Part shown: positions 59,868 to 64,000 of the stretch, in pieces
How positions within the stretch are numbered: position 1 is the stretch's first letter
Layout of the letters: the number at the start of each line of letters is the position of its first letter
From: Spirochaetes bacterium GWE1_32_154
GTDB lineage: Bacteria; Spirochaetota; GWE2-31-10
DNA length: 64,000 nt
Direction: 5' to 3'
Assembly: GCA_001829315.1 (NCBI GenBank)
Contig: MIAY01000010.1
Coordinates: 20,871-84,870, forward strand
Translations under genes and position numbers: made by a program
Notes under the pieces: model-generated
What the model saw: the letters and a program-made list of their open reading frames with translations, nothing else
Databases searched by the model: none
Told to the model about the DNA's origin: nothing

Positions 59868-59921
59868 ATGACAGAAAATCAGAATGAAAGTGTAGCTTTC
59901 AATTCTGAATTTTTCCGTCAT
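59868..59921. other. Long intra-operon stem-loop between the ferredoxin gene and nifV
   Basis: atgac.gaaaatcagaat.gaaag-tgtag-ctttc.attctga.ttttc.gtcat. Confidence 0.6.
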
Positions 59922-59942
59922 ATCAAAAATTCTGAAAAATAA

Positions 59943-60245
59943 CTATAACACATATGTGTCTGCCGTTTTGTTGTTTTCTACAGCATCCAGTATTTCATCA
60001 ATTGCTTTTTCACTGTCAACATTTCCATACCAGACATTATCCGGTTGGACAATTAATATGGGGCCTTTGTCGCACATTTTCAGACACCCTGTGCTTGAAA
60101 ATGCTACATTTAATCCTCTATCATCAATTTCTGTTTCAAGATATTGAAGAAGATTAATAGATCCTTTTTTGTGACAAACACCTTGAGGTGCACCTGTGAC
60201 ACGATAACTTGCACAGACAAAAATATGTTTTTCCGGTTTTTCCAT
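59943..60245 (-). CDS. Thioredoxin-like [2Fe-2S] ferredoxin (nif-associated)
   Basis: HIFVC...GVC...TGCLKMCDKGP...VWYG; start MEKPEKH after GGAG. Confidence 0.9.
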   Translation of the reverse strand: MEKPEKHIFVCASYRVTGAPQGVCHKKGSINLLQYLETEIDDRGLNVAFSSTGCLKMCDKGPILIVQPDNVWYGNVDSEKAIDEILDAVENNKTADTYVL

Positions 60246-60300
60246 AAAATGCTCCTTTTTTTTAATCATATAAATTTAGGCATTAATTCAATCAATGCTT

Positions 60301-61566
60301 TTAACCGCAACCACCACCGGTTCCAGAGCATAATGTTCCGCATCCGCTGAATTTCTTTTCCATTTTGCTTACATCTTTTCCATTGAAAATTGATGAAACT
60401 ATTTCATTGATCAATGAATCAGTCTGCATTACATACAGTCCCTGCTCTTTAAGAACCTGTACGGGTTTTTCACCTGCACCATTAACTAAAATAACTGCAC
60501 AGTCTGATAGTAATGCCGAGAGTTGTTTCCATCGTTCATCGCCAAGCCCTCTGTCAGGAGTAGTCCGCTTTTCAATCAATTCAATTTTTCCATTGTTCAG
60601 ACCGTAGATAGCGCATTGTTCAACTTCTCCAAGATGCATGTTTATCAATAATCCTTCCCGTGATGCAACGGCGATGTAAGGTCTCTCTTCTGTCAGTTCA
60701 AAAATCTTCTTTTCTTTCACCGGAACTTCGACTTTAAAATCATGAATAGTTTCATTTTCTCCCAGTAATCCTGCTGCATCTGCACGGCAACGTGTACAAT
60801 GGTGCATTATTTTTAAATACTTCCCGGCTTCAAGGGTCACATTTTTCACCTGTATTTTAGTAGGTTCTTTAAAATGACCGAATTTAGTATTTTCAACCGG
60901 AAAGTGCGGTATACAGTTCATAATATCAGCACCGAGAGCTGAAAACTCTTTTGCAATTTCAGGTATGTGACGTTCATTTACACCATCAATAACAATTGAG
61001 TTTATTTTCACAATTATTCCGCGAGATTTTAACTTGAGTGCAGATTTAATCTGTTCTTCAAGTAAAATTCCGGCAGCCTCAAGACCGCTATATACTTTTT
61101 TATCATACCGTATCCAGGAATAAATATCTGATGTAACAGCCGGGTTAATTCCATTTACAGTTATAGTAACATGGGATACTCCCAATTCTGCAAGTTCATC
61201 TATATACGGTTCAAGAGCCAGGCCGTTTGTTGCAAGACAGAGTATCATTTCAGGATATTTTTCTCTTACAAGACGTAATGTTGTCATCGTTTCAACCGGG
61301 TTTGCAAAAGGGTCTCCCGGACCGGCTATACCGACAACGCTGATATTTTTTTTGATGCTCAACAAATTATCTAAGTACGCCAATGCCTCTTCAGGTGTTA
61401 GTACACTACTGGTTACACCGGGTCTTGTTTCATTTGCACAGTCAAATTTACGGTTACAAAAATTGCATTGAACATTACATCGTGGGGCAACGGGTAAGTG
61501 TACTCTACCTGATGTATGTTTTTTGTCTTCATTAAAACAGGGATGGTTTTCAATAGTTACTTTCAT
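60301..61566 (-). CDS. nifB: FeMo-cofactor biosynthesis radical SAM protein NifB (with C-terminal NifX domain)
   Basis: HPCF, HLPVAPRCNVQCNFC, CANETRPG, AGPGD, CTRCRADA, INMHLG. Confidence 0.96.
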   Translation of the reverse strand: MKVTIENHPCFNEDKKHTSGRVHLPVAPRCNVQCNFCNRKFDCANETRPGVTSSVLTPEEALAYLDNLLSIKKNISVVGIAGPGDPFANPVETMTTLRLVREKYPEMILCLATNGLALEPYIDELAELGVSHVTITVNGINPAVTSDIYSWIRYDKKVYSGLEAAGILLEEQIKSALKLKSRGIIVKINSIVIDGVNERHIPEIAKEFSALGADIMNCIPHFPVENTKFGHFKEPTKIQVKNVTLEAGKYLKIMHHCTRCRADAAGLLGENETIHDFKVEVPVKEKKIFELTEERPYIAVASREGLLINMHLGEVEQCAIYGLNNGKIELIEKRTTPDRGLGDERWKQLSALLSDCAVILVNGAGEKPVQVLKEQGLYVMQTDSLINEIVSSIFNGKDVSKMEKKFSGCGTLCSGTGGGCG

Positions 61567-61577
61567 TGTAGTCCTCC

Positions 61578-62933
61578 TTACATTGCCATATATCCGACTG
61601 GTGAGTCAGATTGTTTTTTCTCAATAATCGCGTTAATTATTCTATCTAAAAGCTCCTGAGTTCCCTGATATCCTAAAACTCTCACCCGTTGACCACCAAT
61701 TCTGTCATGAATTGGAAATCCGACTCTTATGAGCGGGATGTTTAAATCGCGTGCAACTTTATATCCTTTACTATGTCCGATTAGAATATCAGCTTCTTTT
61801 TCCTGTGCGATTCTGCCAATATCCTCAAAATCTATGTTTTCAATAATAGATATATTAAGCGATTTATAATCCGGTATAACTTCATTGATTACTTTCTCAA
61901 GAAGACCTGTTTTCCTTCCCGTACCGATAACAACGGGAATCATACCAAGTTCTCGAATAAATGATGCTAATCCGAGAACAAGATCATCTTCTCCATAAAG
62001 AACTGCTTTTTTACCGAAAAGATATTTATGCCCGTCAACATAACTGTCAATTAATAAACCTCTTTCCTTTCTGTATTTTTCAGGTAATTTTGTATCAGTT
62101 ATACTTTCTAACAAACTGAAAAAATAATCAGTATTTGTAATACCAACAGGAAATCCGATACCATATGATTTGACACCGAATTTTGATTCGAGTATTTCAC
62201 CGGCACCTCCTTTTTCACTTAATATGTTACCAAACTCAATAGTTCCAATAGAGCGCCCCATTTTTTGTATATCTTCAATTTTAGTGCCACCCTCTGGCAT
62301 TCTTTTATATTCACCCCAATATTCTCCATCGAGAGTATCTGAATAATCGGGCATAATGATTGATTCAATGTTGTAGCATTCTGATAACTCTTTAAACCAT
62401 CGTATATCAGCAGGTGAAAATAAATTCATGATGAAGTTAATGGTTTTTGTTTTCTCGCCACCTTCTGCTATTGTTTCAATAAGGCTATTTATCGTTGCAT
62501 AAAATCCATCCTGATGTGTTCCTTTATAACTCGGTGTTGAAACATGAACCAGTTTTGGTATTACCAGATCTTTTCTATCATTCACGTATGACCCGAGGTA
62601 CATTGGTACATCATCACCAATTGTTTCAGAAAGACATGTTGTTGCAATTCCGATCACCGATGGTTTATATGCTTTAATAATATTATCCAATGCTATAGTA
62701 AGATTTTCCCTGCCGCCGAATATTGCCGTTTCCTCACCAAAATTGGTTGAGGCAATATCAATTGGTTCCCGGAAATGACCAATCATATATCTTCGAATAT
62801 AGGTGGAACAACCTTGTGAACCATGCAGTAATGGTATGCAGTTTTCAATTCCTTTAAAAACAAAACTTGCACCTAAAGGAGAGCATAACTTACAGGCATT
62901 TACTGTTGGATCGTTTTTTTCTTTTGCTATCAT
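61578..62933 (-). CDS. nifN: Nitrogenase FeMo-cofactor scaffold NifN
   Basis: NACKLCSPLGA, HGSQGCSTY, HFREP, TTCLSETIGDD, GFPIHDRIGG; ATGA overlap with nifE and GGGAGG RBS. Confidence 0.92.
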   Translation of the reverse strand: MIAKEKNDPTVNACKLCSPLGASFVFKGIENCIPLLHGSQGCSTYIRRYMIGHFREPIDIASTNFGEETAIFGGRENLTIALDNIIKAYKPSVIGIATTCLSETIGDDVPMYLGSYVNDRKDLVIPKLVHVSTPSYKGTHQDGFYATINSLIETIAEGGEKTKTINFIMNLFSPADIRWFKELSECYNIESIIMPDYSDTLDGEYWGEYKRMPEGGTKIEDIQKMGRSIGTIEFGNILSEKGGAGEILESKFGVKSYGIGFPVGITNTDYFFSLLESITDTKLPEKYRKERGLLIDSYVDGHKYLFGKKAVLYGEDDLVLGLASFIRELGMIPVVIGTGRKTGLLEKVINEVIPDYKSLNISIIENIDFEDIGRIAQEKEADILIGHSKGYKVARDLNIPLIRVGFPIHDRIGGQRVRVLGYQGTQELLDRIINAIIEKKQSDSPVGYMAM

Positions 62934-64000
62934 ACCGAACCTCCCCGTGTGAATTTCCATACCGGACTCATTACCGTACTATGAACTTCTCTGACAAAAT
63001 TAAGCATTCCGACAAACCCGGCTAATGCTTCTTTTCTCTCGTGATTGTGGTCGCAAAATCCGAACCCCAGTTTATAGGCAATCGGTCTTTCTTTTACCCC
63101 GCCGATGAGTAAGTCTATTTCTTTTTCAATGGCATATTTTGATAATTCCGCAGGGTTTGAATCATCAAGTATAATCGCACCGTCTTCACAGACTTCGGAA
63201 AGATTTTTATAATCCTCTTCTGTTCCTGTTTGAGAACCGGCAATCAATGTTCTCATGCCGATTAGATTTAATGCTTTAATTAGTGAAAATGCTTTAAATG
63301 CACCTCCAACATAGATTGCAGCCTTCTTTCCAGAAAGATCTTTTCTATATTCCAGTATTTTGGGATAAATACGGTCAATTTCTTCAAAAACCATTGCTTT
63401 CGTTTTATCCATAATTTCAACTGAATTAAAATGTTCAGCAACATCATAAAGAGCTTTTGAAACATCCTCTATGCCGAAGTAGGAGACTTTTATATAGGGT
63501 ATGCCATATTTTTCCTCCATCATTTTTGCCAGTGATGTCATTGAACCCGAGCATTGCACGACATTGAGTTTCGCTCCATGTGCTTTTCGTATATCACTAA
63601 CCGTTGCATCCCCGGTAATTGTTGAAACGACTTCAACACCCATTTTTTTATAGTAATCCCTGATAATCCATGCTTCACCGGCTAAATTAAACTCACCGAG
63701 GATATTGATACTGTATGTGCCGATTGCGCTTGTATCTCCTGTCCCCACTAATTTAAAGAGTGCTTCACAAGCAGCTCTGTATCCGTCTTTTTTTGAGCCT
63801 TTAAACCCTTCGGAATGAACAGGGATTACCGGAATACCTTTTTCCTGTTCAACTCTTTTGCAAACACTGTCAACATCATCACCAATTATTCCAATGATAC
63901 AGGTTGAATATACAAATGAGGCTGCCGGTTTGTGTTTATCTATTAAACTGATCAGAATATTGTATAGTTTCTTTTCACCGCCATATATAACATCATGTTC
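62930..64000 (-). CDS. nifE: Nitrogenase FeMo-cofactor scaffold NifE (5'-truncated by the window edge)
   Basis: Frame open to the right edge (...YSTCIIGIIGDDV...SEGFKGSKKDGY); GEFNLAGE, VVQCSGS, GGVKERP, DHNHER. Confidence 0.92.
   Translation of the reverse strand, partial: EHDVIYGGEKKLYNILISLIDKHKPAASFVYSTCIIGIIGDDVDSVCKRVEQEKGIPVIPVHSEGFKGSKKDGYRAACEALFKLVGTGDTSAIGTYSINILGEFNLAGEAWIIRDYYKKMGVEVVSTITGDATVSDIRKAHGAKLNVVQCSGSMTSLAKMMEEKYGIPYIKVSYFGIEDVSKALYDVAEHFNSVEIMDKTKAMVFEEIDRIYPKILEYRKDLSGKKAAIYVGGAFKAFSLIKALNLIGMRTLIAGSQTGTEEDYKNLSEVCEDGAIILDDSNPAELSKYAIEKEIDLLIGGVKERPIAYKLGFGFCDHNHERKEALAGFVGMLNFVREVHSTVMSPVWKFTRGGSV

Noticed and set aside
61560-61585. Clostridial-type nifN-nifB fusion or frameshift
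   Set aside because: nifN has a clean stop and nifB has its own AGGAGG RBS and ATG

Overview
AT-rich chromosomal window, most likely from an anaerobic, nitrogen-fixing spirochaete (P83/100-family antigen, spirochaete-style InlB-repeat lipoproteins, LacI-sensor hybrid kinase). From left to right it holds: two class III adenylate cyclases around ctpA, a PC4-like gene and purN; a stand-alone MshEN-like protein; a 5'-nucleotidase-fold protein that has lost its catalytic residues, in an operon with hflK-hflC; a general-stress/CheR-PAS kinase module with duplicated upstream regions; a Fur/PerR-led oxidative-stress operon (SOR, ferritin, rubrerythrin, two rubredoxins, hemerythrin, FprA); a CoA-substrate activase; mgtE; a chromate transporter pair; a pseudo-PP2C sensor; three large modular surface lipoproteins; a membrane LuxR / B12 radical SAM / GT2 unit; PPi-dependent PEPCK; a two-tier sigma54 module with an AnfA-like NifA; and the 3' part of a nif cluster (nifE partial, nifN, nifB, 2Fe-2S ferredoxin, nifV, NifX-like, Nif11-like). 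A family of ~50-bp MITE/REP-like palindromes and a second GGAT-periodic element occur in intergenic DNA. I saw no rRNA, tRNA, CRISPR array or transposase. All family calls come from reading motifs by eye; no database searches were run.
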